A DNA stretch of 20,000 nt from an uncultured virus (IMG/VR IMGVR_UViG_3300042878_001709) (lineage: Duplodnaviria; Heunggongvirae; Uroviricota; Caudoviricetes), in IMG/VR virus record IMGVR_UViG_3300042878_001709, positions 106,590 to 126,589 of that record. One strand, 5' to 3'. Of the stretch, positions 1 through 8,682 are shown piece after piece; the stretch's first letter is position 1, and each line of letters opens with the position of its first letter. The notes under the pieces are model-generated. The model was not told the DNA's origin, did not search any database, and saw nothing but the letters and a program-made list of their open reading frames with translations. A program made the translations under genes and the position numbers.

Positions 1-435
1 TATTTTTCTTATTGTACTTTCGTTAATAGTACTTTTAACAGTTTCATTTACATTAGAAACTTTGTTAGTTTTTTTAGGTTGGTTATTAGTTCTTTGTTCA
101 TTCACCAATAACTCAGGAACATCTTCTAACTCAAATGTATGGTATGGTGATTCTGGAATATCTATTGGATTATCTATCATCGCCCTTTTAATTGCTTCAG
201 GCATTTTAGATTTATTTATGTTTCTATATTTACCATTTACTGGGGCTACTGAGGAAGAAGAGGTTCTTTGGTTTTCCCTAATAAAATTTTCAGTTAAATT
301 AGGTATTTCTTTTTCTTCACTACTATATTCATTACTTTGACTTCCATTAGAAGTTGATCCGTGGTTTTGCTCCGTAATTTGCATAACCGCTTTTGATCTA
401 CTTAAAATTTCTTTTAATCTTTCTGCATTACTCAT
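1..435 (-). CDS. Phage hypothetical protein, 3'-partial (runs off the window start; absent from the ORF track)
   Basis: Manual translation from the ATG at 435 is open for 145 codons to position 1 (MSNAERLKEILSRSKAVMQ...KSKMPEAIKRAMIDNPIDIPE...INESTIRKI). It starts 2 nt after the stop of the co-oriented 438-806 gene. Confidence 0.85.
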   Translation of the reverse strand, partial: MSNAERLKEILSRSKAVMQITEQNHGSTSNGSQSNEYSSEEKEIPNLTENFIRENQRTSSSSVAPVNGKYRNINKSKMPEAIKRAMIDNPIDIPESPYHTFELEDVPELLVNEQRTNNQPKKTNKVSNVNETVKSTINESTIRKI

Positions 436-437
436 TT

Positions 438-806
438 TTAATCAAATTTTAAAATTTTATAAATCTGTATCATATCCTTGTCTCCACTAGGATTAAATAG
501 TGGTCTAGGTTCTTCAAATGTACCACCTAACATTTCTAAATTATCCATTCTATCAACCCTAAACGTTTTCCATCCAGGTTGGATTGTTTTAGTATCTCCA
601 CCTATCTGATAAACTCGAACCATATCATTATTTCTTTTTGAGATTCCATAACAATATATTTCAATCCATCTTTTATTCTTACCACCTGGATCTTCACCAT
701 CGTCATAATAAACAGAAGCTAAACGTTTTCCGTCCATTATTTTTTTAACAGTTTCTTTATTTGCTAATTCAAGTATAAGTCCTTCGGCTAAATAGTAAAG
801 CTTCAT
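438..806 (-). CDS. Stand-alone WYL-domain protein
   Basis: VYY...KRWIEIYCYG...MVRVYQ...GWKTFRVDRMDNL matches the WYL pattern (R.IEPY.L...W(R/K).FR.DRI..L). No HTH domain is visible in 122 aa. Confidence 0.75.
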   Translation of the reverse strand: MKLYYLAEGLILELANKETVKKIMDGKRLASVYYDDGEDPGGKNKRWIEIYCYGISKRNNDMVRVYQIGGDTKTIQPGWKTFRVDRMDNLEMLGGTFEEPRPLFNPSGDKDMIQIYKILKFD

Positions 807-814
807 TTTATATA

Positions 815-1159
815 TTATTGATTATTATTAAATATATAGTTAGGATAGTAAGGTTTACTTGGACCGTAACCATTAGGTCCTGTAGGGTTACCATATTTTG
901 ATTCATTTCTAGCGATTAATTGTTTTCTACCACTACCTGGATAAGTAGGGTTACCATTGATGTCTATATCGTTTCCACCATTAATAGTATTTAATTGATC
1001 ACTATTACCACTAGTACCTCTACCTTTATTATCACCATCTGATAATGCGTTTGGGTGAGTAGGTCCGTACTTTTTACCATCACTATCTAAGTATACGTTT
1101 TTAATTACGTTATCAACTCTAAATTGATCACCTAATTCCATTAATTTAGTCTTTCCCAT
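815..1159 (-). CDS. Hypothetical protein, Gly/Asn/Pro-rich, probably low-structure
   Basis: 114-aa ORF tightly packed in the minus-strand run; contains HPNALSDGDNKGRG; no family recognised. Confidence 0.7.
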   Translation of the reverse strand: MGKTKLMELGDQFRVDNVIKNVYLDSDGKKYGPTHPNALSDGDNKGRGTSGNSDQLNTINGGNDIDINGNPTYPGSGRKQLIARNESKYGNPTGPNGYGPSKPYYPNYIFNNNQ

Positions 1160-1164
1160 AGTTT

Positions 1165-1713
1165 TTATATTTTAGATTCATATATTATTAATTTTTGTAT
1201 TTTTAAAATTTCTTCATAAACAGGTTTTCCTCTCGATAATTGTCCACTTATATCTTTACTAAGTTTAGGTAATTTCATCTTCAATGTTTGACTATTAACT
1301 TTATTAGTATCTTTTTCGTGTTGTTTAATAAATTGATTTGACAAACCTGTTTCACTTTTTATTTTTTTAGGTGCTTTAATAGACTGTGTTTCTTTATTAA
1401 GAGTTGAGTCTACCCAATTGTGCATTGTTTTACCGCCATTAAGTCTATATTCGATATCCTCATGTTTACCATCATAATTATCGAACCAGTTTTTTATCCT
1501 TTTCATTTGTTTGTATTCTATTTTTTTATTTTCTAGAATACCTTTAGCTCTTTTATATCCCTCAGTAGCTTTATTATTACTGATATCTTCTTTTTTTAAA
1601 GTTTCATAAGTTTTTACGGCATTGGTAACTGCATTAAGTACATAATTTGGGCAATTATAATATTTCCCATGTAACTTACTATTACCACCTTTATTTTCCT
1701 TCCTGCTCGCCAT
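1165..1713 (-). CDS. Hypothetical basic protein, possibly with a head-morphogenesis-associated helical domain
   Basis: 182-aa ORF overlapping its upstream gene. GYKRAKGIL...MKRIKNWF...LNGG...W loosely resembles a G..RA..L...KRM.SFF...LWGG...W domain I recall from phage head proteins. Function tentative. Confidence 0.65.
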   Translation of the reverse strand: MASRKENKGGNSKLHGKYYNCPNYVLNAVTNAVKTYETLKKEDISNNKATEGYKRAKGILENKKIEYKQMKRIKNWFDNYDGKHEDIEYRLNGGKTMHNWVDSTLNKETQSIKAPKKIKSETGLSNQFIKQHEKDTNKVNSQTLKMKLPKLSKDISGQLSRGKPVYEEILKIQKLIIYESKI

Positions 1714-2530
1714 ACTTTATTTTATCACCAATTATTTCTCTATGTTCTTCTTTCATACTATAAATATCTAAATTATCAATTAAGTGGTTCAATAATATTC
1801 CCAACTCATCACCTTTTAGATTTTCTTTATGTATTAAATCCAATAGACTATTTATTTTTCTTATAACCATTGGTTTTTCATGTACATCTTTTAATTCGCT
1901 AATGTCTGCTATTTTATCCATCCCTACTATAATATCAGACTCTTTCATTTTTTTAACAAAATCTCTAGTAGTATCTTTTTTGTTTCTAATTATCTCATCA
2001 ACCAATGATTTCATAGAATCTTCATTTTCTGTAATATCAAAATCAAATTTAGTGTCATTAGGTAATTTATAATTTCTCCACTCATCTGATGGTAAATGAT
2101 CATATACAGGATCAGATTGTCTGAAATAATGTGAACTTATATCTTTATCCGCCATTTTTTTGGCTTCCCTATACTTTCTTTCTTTATCGTCTCTACTATA
2201 TTTTTTAGATGGTACAACATCCAACTCATCATAGATTTCTTCAGTATCACTATCTAAAATATTTTCTTCTTCATTAACAATATATGCGTAATTGATACCA
2301 TAATATGGTCCACCATATATAAAGTATGCCTCAGGTCCTTGAGTAGAACTTCTAACATAATCATCAGTAGTTTTTTTAGCTTTTATAAAATTTCTATTTT
2401 GTTTGTAGCTATTACTAGGATTAATTAATGCCCCATTGGTACCTATTAATTCATTTAACTCATTCTCCCTCAGAACATTTTTTTTACCTAAATACGTATT
2501 AATATCGGACTTTTTAAATGTTTTATTCAT
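1691..2530 (-). CDS. Hypothetical protein (charged, 279 aa), first gene of the minus-strand unit
   Basis: Long ORF divergent from the fibre gene and preceded by the ATATTTAT motif; no family recognised. Confidence 0.75.
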   Translation of the reverse strand: MNKTFKKSDINTYLGKKNVLRENELNELIGTNGALINPSNSYKQNRNFIKAKKTTDDYVRSSTQGPEAYFIYGGPYYGINYAYIVNEEENILDSDTEEIYDELDVVPSKKYSRDDKERKYREAKKMADKDISSHYFRQSDPVYDHLPSDEWRNYKLPNDTKFDFDITENEDSMKSLVDEIIRNKKDTTRDFVKKMKESDIIVGMDKIADISELKDVHEKPMVIRKINSLLDLIHKENLKGDELGILLNHLIDNLDIYSMKEEHREIIGDKIKYGEQEGK

Positions 2531-2546
2531 AATAAATCTTTTTTAT

Positions 2547-2575
2547 ATAAATATAACACAATTCTAAATATTTAT
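2547..2575. promoter_or_regulatory. Divergent pair of ATATTTAT motifs (putative phage late promoters)
   Basis: ATATTTAT on the minus strand at 2547-2554 (16 nt before ATG 2530) and on the plus strand at 2568-2575 (14 nt before ATG 2590). The same motif precedes other genes. Confidence 0.5.
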
Positions 2576-2589
2576 TTAAAAATAAAGTT

Positions 2590-5500
2590 ATGCCTATAAA
2601 TAAATTTACAACATTATTAGATCTTTCAAGACAAGCTAAGATAATAACTGGTGAAACTGCAACTTTTGACGGTAAAATACTATCAGGGATACCATTTAGT
2701 GGGTATCCAACAGGTGTTAATACCGCAACAACTGTTTCATTAGGGGTTGTTTCAACGGAAAACGCAGTGTTTAGCGGAAATACAGGAACTACCGTTTTCG
2801 ATGTCTCAAACCCATTATCACCTTATTACAATCCACTTTTTAGTGGGTATACCGCAACCACTTGGACTAATCCTTTATTTTCGGCTACGACTTCGGGGTT
2901 AACATTACCCATTACAATACTGAGTGCGGACACACAAGTGGTTGGTCCGTTTTGGACATTAACACAAACAGGGTATACTGGTGACTATATAATAGGTACA
3001 GAATATACTGGTTATAGTGTAACATATAGTTTTATCAATGTATCTCAATTTAATCCCAATGTATTTAGTGGTGTCACAAGTGCTTCCCAAGAAAACTTTT
3101 CTGCGGGTACCTTAGATTATAAAGGACCGTTAGATTATTTATCATCTAAAGAAAATATATCAGTAGATGGTAGATTAATTACAAATAAAATTACTATAAG
3201 TAATGGTGCTAGTTCAGCGACAACTAATTATGTATTGACTCAAATAGATGATACGGGTAAAGGAGGTTGGAGCTCCGTATCTTCATTACTTTCAGGATCA
3301 TGTTTACCGATAGTTAATTTAGAAACAATAAATGATTGTTCTTCAGGTATCACATTCAATTCGGATGTTACTATAAATGGTGATGTAATTGTAAATGGTT
3401 CTGCCACTACAATAAACACAGAAATTATTAGATCTAAGGATAATAATATAATTTTAAATTATAGTGGAACACATTTAACCGCAATCGGTGGTGGTTTTAC
3501 ACTGGAAGATGGTGTCAGTAATGGTGTCGATTCTAGAATATATTCGGACTCAAACGGTGTTTGGTTATTTGACCCATCATTAAGTGCGAATTCAGGAACA
3601 ATAATTAATTTTTCTGCAGATACAATAGGTTCGTCAGGAGATTGTGTCAATGATTTATATGTATCGAACATACATTCATGCTCCCCATTAAATATAAACC
3701 CTTTAAACGAAGGGGATGTTTATTTTGGTTCCACAAGTGGAGTCACAATTGATGTCACCCATAGTAGGATAGGTATTGGGACTGATTCACCTAATTACCC
3801 ATTACAAATTTTAGGGGGTAATAGTACATTTTATTATGATCCCACATCGTTGGGGGGTGATTCACGAATTAGTGGGAATACAAATCTACCTAGATATACT
3901 GTATCAATTGCACCATATTTGACTAAACCATCTGCAGGAAGTCAATTCGGTATGAGATGTTGGGACGATGCAACTTCTCCCAATTATGGTAAAGTAGGGG
4001 ATACATTTATGTATGCGGGTAATGCGTCAAATGGGTTAAACTTAATTAATTCACCTGGTACAGGTACCGAAGACTATATTAGATTATATGCGGGACAAAC
4101 TGTAAATGGTACGACTCCTGATATACATATACAAGGTAGTGGTGTAACAAGAGGGTACGTTGGTATTAGTACATCTAACCCACAATATTTATTAGATATT
4201 GTTAACACAAATTCTAGACTTTTTTATGATCCAACATCCGTAGGGGGTAGATTTTCAATAAGTGGAAAAACAAATGTTCCTAGATTTGGTGTGGAGGTTC
4301 CACCATATTTAACAAAACCACTGGCAAGTGCTAGTTTAGGTATAAGGGCTTGGGATGATTTATTATATCCAGACTATGGTAATCCGGGAGATGTTCATTT
4401 ATATGCAGGTGTAAACGCTTACGGTTTAAATATTATAAGTGAATACGGTGCTACTAGTGCAGATTATATAAGATTTTATGCTGGTCAAGATGCGTCTTCA
4501 GGAAATACACCAGACATACATATACAAGGTAGTGGTGTAACAAGAGGATATGTTGGTATTGGTACTAAAACACCTACGGAAAGATTAACAGTTAGTGGTA
4601 CATCGTTTTTTAAAACGTCTTCATTAACAACAGGTACATCACCATCTTTTTATTATTTAGACGGAGTTTCAACACCTACGGACACATCTACTATAAAATC
4701 TATATACAAAGAATTTAGACCAACAACCACATCATCATCTAATGTTGTTGGTGACGGTACACTATTATATCCAAACATAACATCACCAACAAATGGGGAA
4801 TTTTATTCAAAGGCAAATCTAATATTATACACAGGTGATTTATCATTATTAAATAGTAATGAAGCTTTAACATCCGAAATTAATGTAGTACAAATTCAAA
4901 CAAACACAGGAACTTACAATGATATAGTTAAAAGTTCGTCATCTGTATTAAGGAATTTGACTGCAGGTGGTACTATAAATGAGTATGTTGGTTTTTGGAT
5001 GAATGGTTTTGATATAACTTTAACCCATAATGGATCAACAAATAATATATATGGGTTTTATATGGATGATCAATCCACTAGATCTGGAAATATCCCCCCA
5101 CCGACAAATAGATGGGGTATATATATAAAAGATGCGGGATATAACTATATTGCAGGTTATTTAGGTATTGGGACTACGACACCATCTGAAAAACTAGATG
5201 TTAGTGGTAAAACAAAAACAACAACTTTACAAGTTACATCTGGAGCAACAAATGGTTATGTTTTAGTTTCAGACTCTATCGGTAACGCCACTTGGCAATC
5301 GGCATCGGGTGCCACATCAGGAGTAACATTTTGGACGGCATCAACAGGTGTAGACGCAATAGTGGTTAAAAATAGTGGATCAGTCGCTAGTGGTTTATTA
5401 TCATTGGCTCAGGGTTATCAGACAACCGCAAGTGGTGATACATCACATGCGGAAGGTTATCAAACAATTGCAGGTGGAAACTTTGGTTCACACGCTGAAG

Positions 5501-8500
5501 GATTCCAAACAACTGCTAGTGGTGATTTTTCACACGCAGAAGGGGCGGATACATTTGCAATTGGGATTATGTCACACTCTGAAGGGTACTTCACAAGTGC
5601 TATCGGTGATTATTCACATGCTGAAGGTAATTTATCAACCGCAAGTGGGGCTACATCACATGCGGAAGGATTTCAAACAATCGCAAGTGGGGTTACATCA
5701 CACGCTGAAGGGGATAATACAATTGCAGGTGGAATTGCTTCACACGCTGAAGGTATACTAACTATTGCATTAGGAAATTATTCACACGCAGAAGGATCTT
5801 CAACTACTTCATCAGGAAGTTATTCACACTCAGAAGGAGCTAGTACTTTGGCATCAGGACAAGGTTCACACGCTGAAGGTGCTATTACAACTGCATCAGG
5901 AACTGCTTCACACGCTGAAGGAGATGGAACTTTGGCATCAGGAACTGCTTCACACGCTGAAGGTTATTATAATATTGCATCAGGAGATTTTTCACACGCT
6001 GAGGGTGGGGCATATTTTGGTAAATTAGGATTACAATCATTTCCAACAAGTGCAACAACTTACTCTTCTCACGCTGAAGGTGTAGGTACATTGGCATCAG
6101 GACAAGGTTCACACGCTGAGGGGTGGTTTGGTATTTCGTCAGGTGCGTGGTCACACTCTGAAGGTCAAGGTACAACATCACTAGGTCAGTATTCTCACTC
6201 AGAAGGTGGTGGGTCTTTAGCAGGAGGTGTTAGTTCACACGCAGAAGGAATAAATACAAACTCTAACGGTACTGGTTCACACGCAGAAGGTGTTGGGACG
6301 TTATCACTAGGTCAATATTCGCACGCAGAAGGTGATGGATCAATATCTTCAGGTAATAGTTCACACGCTGAAGGTGCTTTGACGTTATCTCTAGGTGATT
6401 ATTCACACTCTGAAGGATCGGGAACAACTGCATCAGGACTATATTCACACGCTGAAGGTGTAGAAAATGTGGCATCTGGTACTGCTTCACACGCAGAAGG
6501 TGGGGCATATTTTGGTAAATTCGGATTACAGGCTTTACCAACAAGTGCAACAACTTACTCTTCACACGCTGAAGGGATAGAGACTTTGGCATCAGGACAA
6601 GGTTCACACGCTGAAGGTTATCAGACATCTGCAACTACTTTCTATTCACATTCTGAAGGGGTAAGTACTTTGGCATCAGGACAAAATTCACACGCTGAAG
6701 GTATAGGTACTTTGGCATCAGGACAAGGTTCACACGCTGAGGGGGGAGGTACTTTGGCATCAGGACCTCTTAGTCACGCTGAAGGTGATAATACTTTGGC
6801 ATCAGGACAAAGTTCACACTCTGAAGGATCGGGAACAACTGCATCAGGACCTCGATCACACTCTGAAGGAGGTACAACTATTGCATCAGGAATTTACTCA
6901 CACGCTGAAGGTAAATATACTATTGCATCTGGAGATTCTTCACACTCTGAAGGTTATCAGACAACCGCAAGTGGTGTTTATTCACACGCTGAAGGTTATA
7001 CAAATATTGCGTCAGGAACTGCTTCACACGCAGAAGGTGGGGCATATTTTGGTAAATTAGGATTACAATCATTTCCAACAAGTGCAACAACTTACTCTTC
7101 ACACGCAGAGGGTACAGGTACTTTGGCATCAGGAATAGGTTCACACGCAGAAGGGTTTTTATCTATCGCATCTGGTAATAGTAGCCATGCTGAAGGTTAT
7201 AATACTCAGTCATTAGCGGAAAATTCACACGCTGAAGGTATCAATACTTTGTCATCAGGAAATGGTTCACACGCTGAAGGTCAAAATACTTTGGCATCAG
7301 GAATAGGTTCACACGCTGAAGGACTTTCAACATCTGCCACTACTACATACGCTCACGCTGAAGGAGGAAATACTTTAGCATCGGGGTTATATTCACACGC
7401 TGAAGGAGAGAGTACAATCGCAAATGGGGTTACATCACACGCTGAAGGACTTTCAACAACCGCAAGTGGGGATTACTCACACTCTGAAGGTTATTTTAAT
7501 ATTGCTTCAGGTATTGCTTCACACGCTGAGGGTGGGGCATATTTTGGTAAATCTGGATTAGTGGCAAAACCGACAAGTGCAACAACTTACTCTTCTCACG
7601 CAGAGGGTACAGGTACTTTGGCATCGGGAATTGCTTCACACTCTGAAGGTATCAATAATATATCATCGGGAGAAGGTTCACACGCTGAAGGTAACTATAC
7701 TTTGGCATCAGGAATAGCTTCGCACGCTGAAGGACTTTCAACATCTGCCACTACTTCATACGCTCACGCTGAAGGTGATAATACTTTGGCATCAGGAAAT
7801 GGTTCACACGCTGAAGGTGGTAATACTACTGCTTCAGGAAATGGTTCTCACGCTGAAGGATCAGGTAGTTCTTCATTAGGGATATATTCACACGCTGAAG
7901 GAGGTGGTACAATTGCATACGATAACGGTTCACACTCTGAAGGTCTATCAACTAGAGCAATAGGGTTATATTCACACGCTGAAGGTAACGCAACAAGTGC
8001 AACGACTTCTGGTTCTCACTCTGAAGGCTGGGGCACTATTGCTTATGAAAGTTATCAACACGTATCTGGTAGATGGAATACTACAGGTAATACGAATCAA
8101 TACTTCATTATCGGTAGAGGTACCAATAACGCTTCTAGATCAAACGCATTTAGAGTTGATTCGTCTGGTAACGTTTATGGTGCAGGTGCTACATATAACT
8201 CTGGTGCGGATTACGCTGAATACTTTGAATCTTTATCAGGAGATTCAATACCTTACGGTACAGTAGTCGAATTAGTAGATGATAAAATAAAAGTTTGTGT
8301 TGACGCAAATAACGCTATGGGTGTTATTTCTTCTAACCCTACACTTATCGGAAACAATGAAGGTGGTACTGCTGATGAATGGGTAGGAAAATATGAAAAA
8401 GATGAATGGGGTAGATATATTATGGAAGACTATTCATATGATGCGATAGATTATATGACTGAAAGTGAAACAACCATTTACAAAACAATAACGGAACAAA

Positions 8501-8682
8501 CACCAAAATTAAGTCAAGATTTTAATCCTAATATGACATATATTCCTAGATCTGAAAGACCTGAATGGAATGTTGTTGGGTTAGTCGGTCAAGTAAGGGT
8601 ACTGAAAAATCAACAGATACCAAGTAGGTGGATAAAAATGAAAGATATAAATAATGATATCGCCCTATATTTAATTAGATGA
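2590..8682 (+). CDS. Giant tail fibre/adhesin with YadA-like beta-roll repeats and a C-terminal Peptidase_G2-type autoproteolytic intramolecular chaperone
   Basis: 2030 aa; GIGTxxP fibre motifs; 59 H[AS]EG repeats of mostly 14-aa period. The C-terminus from 8203 (GADYAEYFE...GVISSNP...W.GKY.KD.WG...YIPRSERPEWNVVGLVGQVRV) is typical of phi29 gp12-like chaperone domains. Confidence 0.85.
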   Translation: MPINKFTTLLDLSRQAKIITGETATFDGKILSGIPFSGYPTGVNTATTVSLGVVSTENAVFSGNTGTTVFDVSNPLSPYYNPLFSGYTATTWTNPLFSATTSGLTLPITILSADTQVVGPFWTLTQTGYTGDYIIGTEYTGYSVTYSFINVSQFNPNVFSGVTSASQENFSAGTLDYKGPLDYLSSKENISVDGRLITNKITISNGASSATTNYVLTQIDDTGKGGWSSVSSLLSGSCLPIVNLETINDCSSGITFNSDVTINGDVIVNGSATTINTEIIRSKDNNIILNYSGTHLTAIGGGFTLEDGVSNGVDSRIYSDSNGVWLFDPSLSANSGTIINFSADTIGSSGDCVNDLYVSNIHSCSPLNINPLNEGDVYFGSTSGVTIDVTHSRIGIGTDSPNYPLQILGGNSTFYYDPTSLGGDSRISGNTNLPRYTVSIAPYLTKPSAGSQFGMRCWDDATSPNYGKVGDTFMYAGNASNGLNLINSPGTGTEDYIRLYAGQTVNGTTPDIHIQGSGVTRGYVGISTSNPQYLLDIVNTNSRLFYDPTSVGGRFSISGKTNVPRFGVEVPPYLTKPLASASLGIRAWDDLLYPDYGNPGDVHLYAGVNAYGLNIISEYGATSADYIRFYAGQDASSGNTPDIHIQGSGVTRGYVGIGTKTPTERLTVSGTSFFKTSSLTTGTSPSFYYLDGVSTPTDTSTIKSIYKEFRPTTTSSSNVVGDGTLLYPNITSPTNGEFYSKANLILYTGDLSLLNSNEALTSEINVVQIQTNTGTYNDIVKSSSSVLRNLTAGGTINEYVGFWMNGFDITLTHNGSTNNIYGFYMDDQSTRSGNIPPPTNRWGIYIKDAGYNYIAGYLGIGTTTPSEKLDVSGKTKTTTLQVTSGATNGYVLVSDSIGNATWQSASGATSGVTFWTASTGVDAIVVKNSGSVASGLLSLAQGYQTTASGDTSHAEGYQTIAGGNFGSHAEGFQTTASGDFSHAEGADTFAIGIMSHSEGYFTSAIGDYSHAEGNLSTASGATSHAEGFQTIASGVTSHAEGDNTIAGGIASHAEGILTIALGNYSHAEGSSTTSSGSYSHSEGASTLASGQGSHAEGAITTASGTASHAEGDGTLASGTASHAEGYYNIASGDFSHAEGGAYFGKLGLQSFPTSATTYSSHAEGVGTLASGQGSHAEGWFGISSGAWSHSEGQGTTSLGQYSHSEGGGSLAGGVSSHAEGINTNSNGTGSHAEGVGTLSLGQYSHAEGDGSISSGNSSHAEGALTLSLGDYSHSEGSGTTASGLYSHAEGVENVASGTASHAEGGAYFGKFGLQALPTSATTYSSHAEGIETLASGQGSHAEGYQTSATTFYSHSEGVSTLASGQNSHAEGIGTLASGQGSHAEGGGTLASGPLSHAEGDNTLASGQSSHSEGSGTTASGPRSHSEGGTTIASGIYSHAEGKYTIASGDSSHSEGYQTTASGVYSHAEGYTNIASGTASHAEGGAYFGKLGLQSFPTSATTYSSHAEGTGTLASGIGSHAEGFLSIASGNSSHAEGYNTQSLAENSHAEGINTLSSGNGSHAEGQNTLASGIGSHAEGLSTSATTTYAHAEGGNTLASGLYSHAEGESTIANGVTSHAEGLSTTASGDYSHSEGYFNIASGIASHAEGGAYFGKSGLVAKPTSATTYSSHAEGTGTLASGIASHSEGINNISSGEGSHAEGNYTLASGIASHAEGLSTSATTSYAHAEGDNTLASGNGSHAEGGNTTASGNGSHAEGSGSSSLGIYSHAEGGGTIAYDNGSHSEGLSTRAIGLYSHAEGNATSATTSGSHSEGWGTIAYESYQHVSGRWNTTGNTNQYFIIGRGTNNASRSNAFRVDSSGNVYGAGATYNSGADYAEYFESLSGDSIPYGTVVELVDDKIKVCVDANNAMGVISSNPTLIGNNEGGTADEWVGKYEKDEWGRYIMEDYSYDAIDYMTESETTIYKTITEQTPKLSQDFNPNMTYIPRSERPEWNVVGLVGQVRVLKNQQIPSRWIKMKDINNDIALYLIR
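3766..4548 (+). repeat. Tandem duplication of a ~130-aa module within the fibre gene
   Basis: Units 3766-4155 and 4156-4548 share YDPTS.GG, PYLTKP, WDD...P.YG, DYIR.YAGQ and TPDIHIQGSGVTRG. An identical 32-nt stretch lies at 4123-4154 and 4516-4547. Confidence 0.9.
5401..8070 (+). repeat. Coding tandem array of 42-bp SHAEG units with a higher-order period
   Basis: The core TCACAC(G/T)C(T/A)GAAGG recurs about every 42 nt; 59 H[AS]EG units counted. Four 25-aa long units (GAYFGK.GL...PTSATTYSSHAEG) begin at 6007, 6502, 7039 and 7534. Confidence 0.95.

Noticed and set aside
62..340. 92-aa plus-strand hydrophobic ORF
   Set aside because: Antisense shadow of the minus-strand gene 1-435; TTG start, and the hydrophobicity comes from the complement of A-rich codons.
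2546..2553. T4 late promoter TATAAATA on the plus strand
   Set aside because: Better explained as the reverse complement of the ATATTTAT motif serving the minus-strand gene; sense TATAAATA is not the recurring pattern before the other starts.
5401..8070. CRISPR-like appearance (conserved ~14-nt core with ~28-nt variable spacers)
   Set aside because: The period is a multiple of 3 inside a 2030-aa ORF, variation follows codon structure, the core is too short, spacers resemble one another, and no cas genes are present.
5375..8266. Alternative-frame and antisense ORFs at 5375, 5885, 6263, 6785, 6920 and 7997
   Set aside because: By-products of the 42-bp repeat lacking stops in other frames (HTLK and LQRV repeats); no independent starts or motifs.
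2590..8682. Bacterial trimeric autotransporter, i.e. a cellular origin for the window
   Set aside because: No signal peptide or C-terminal beta-barrel anchor; it ends in a phage-type chaperone, and neighbours include neck and BppU-like genes.
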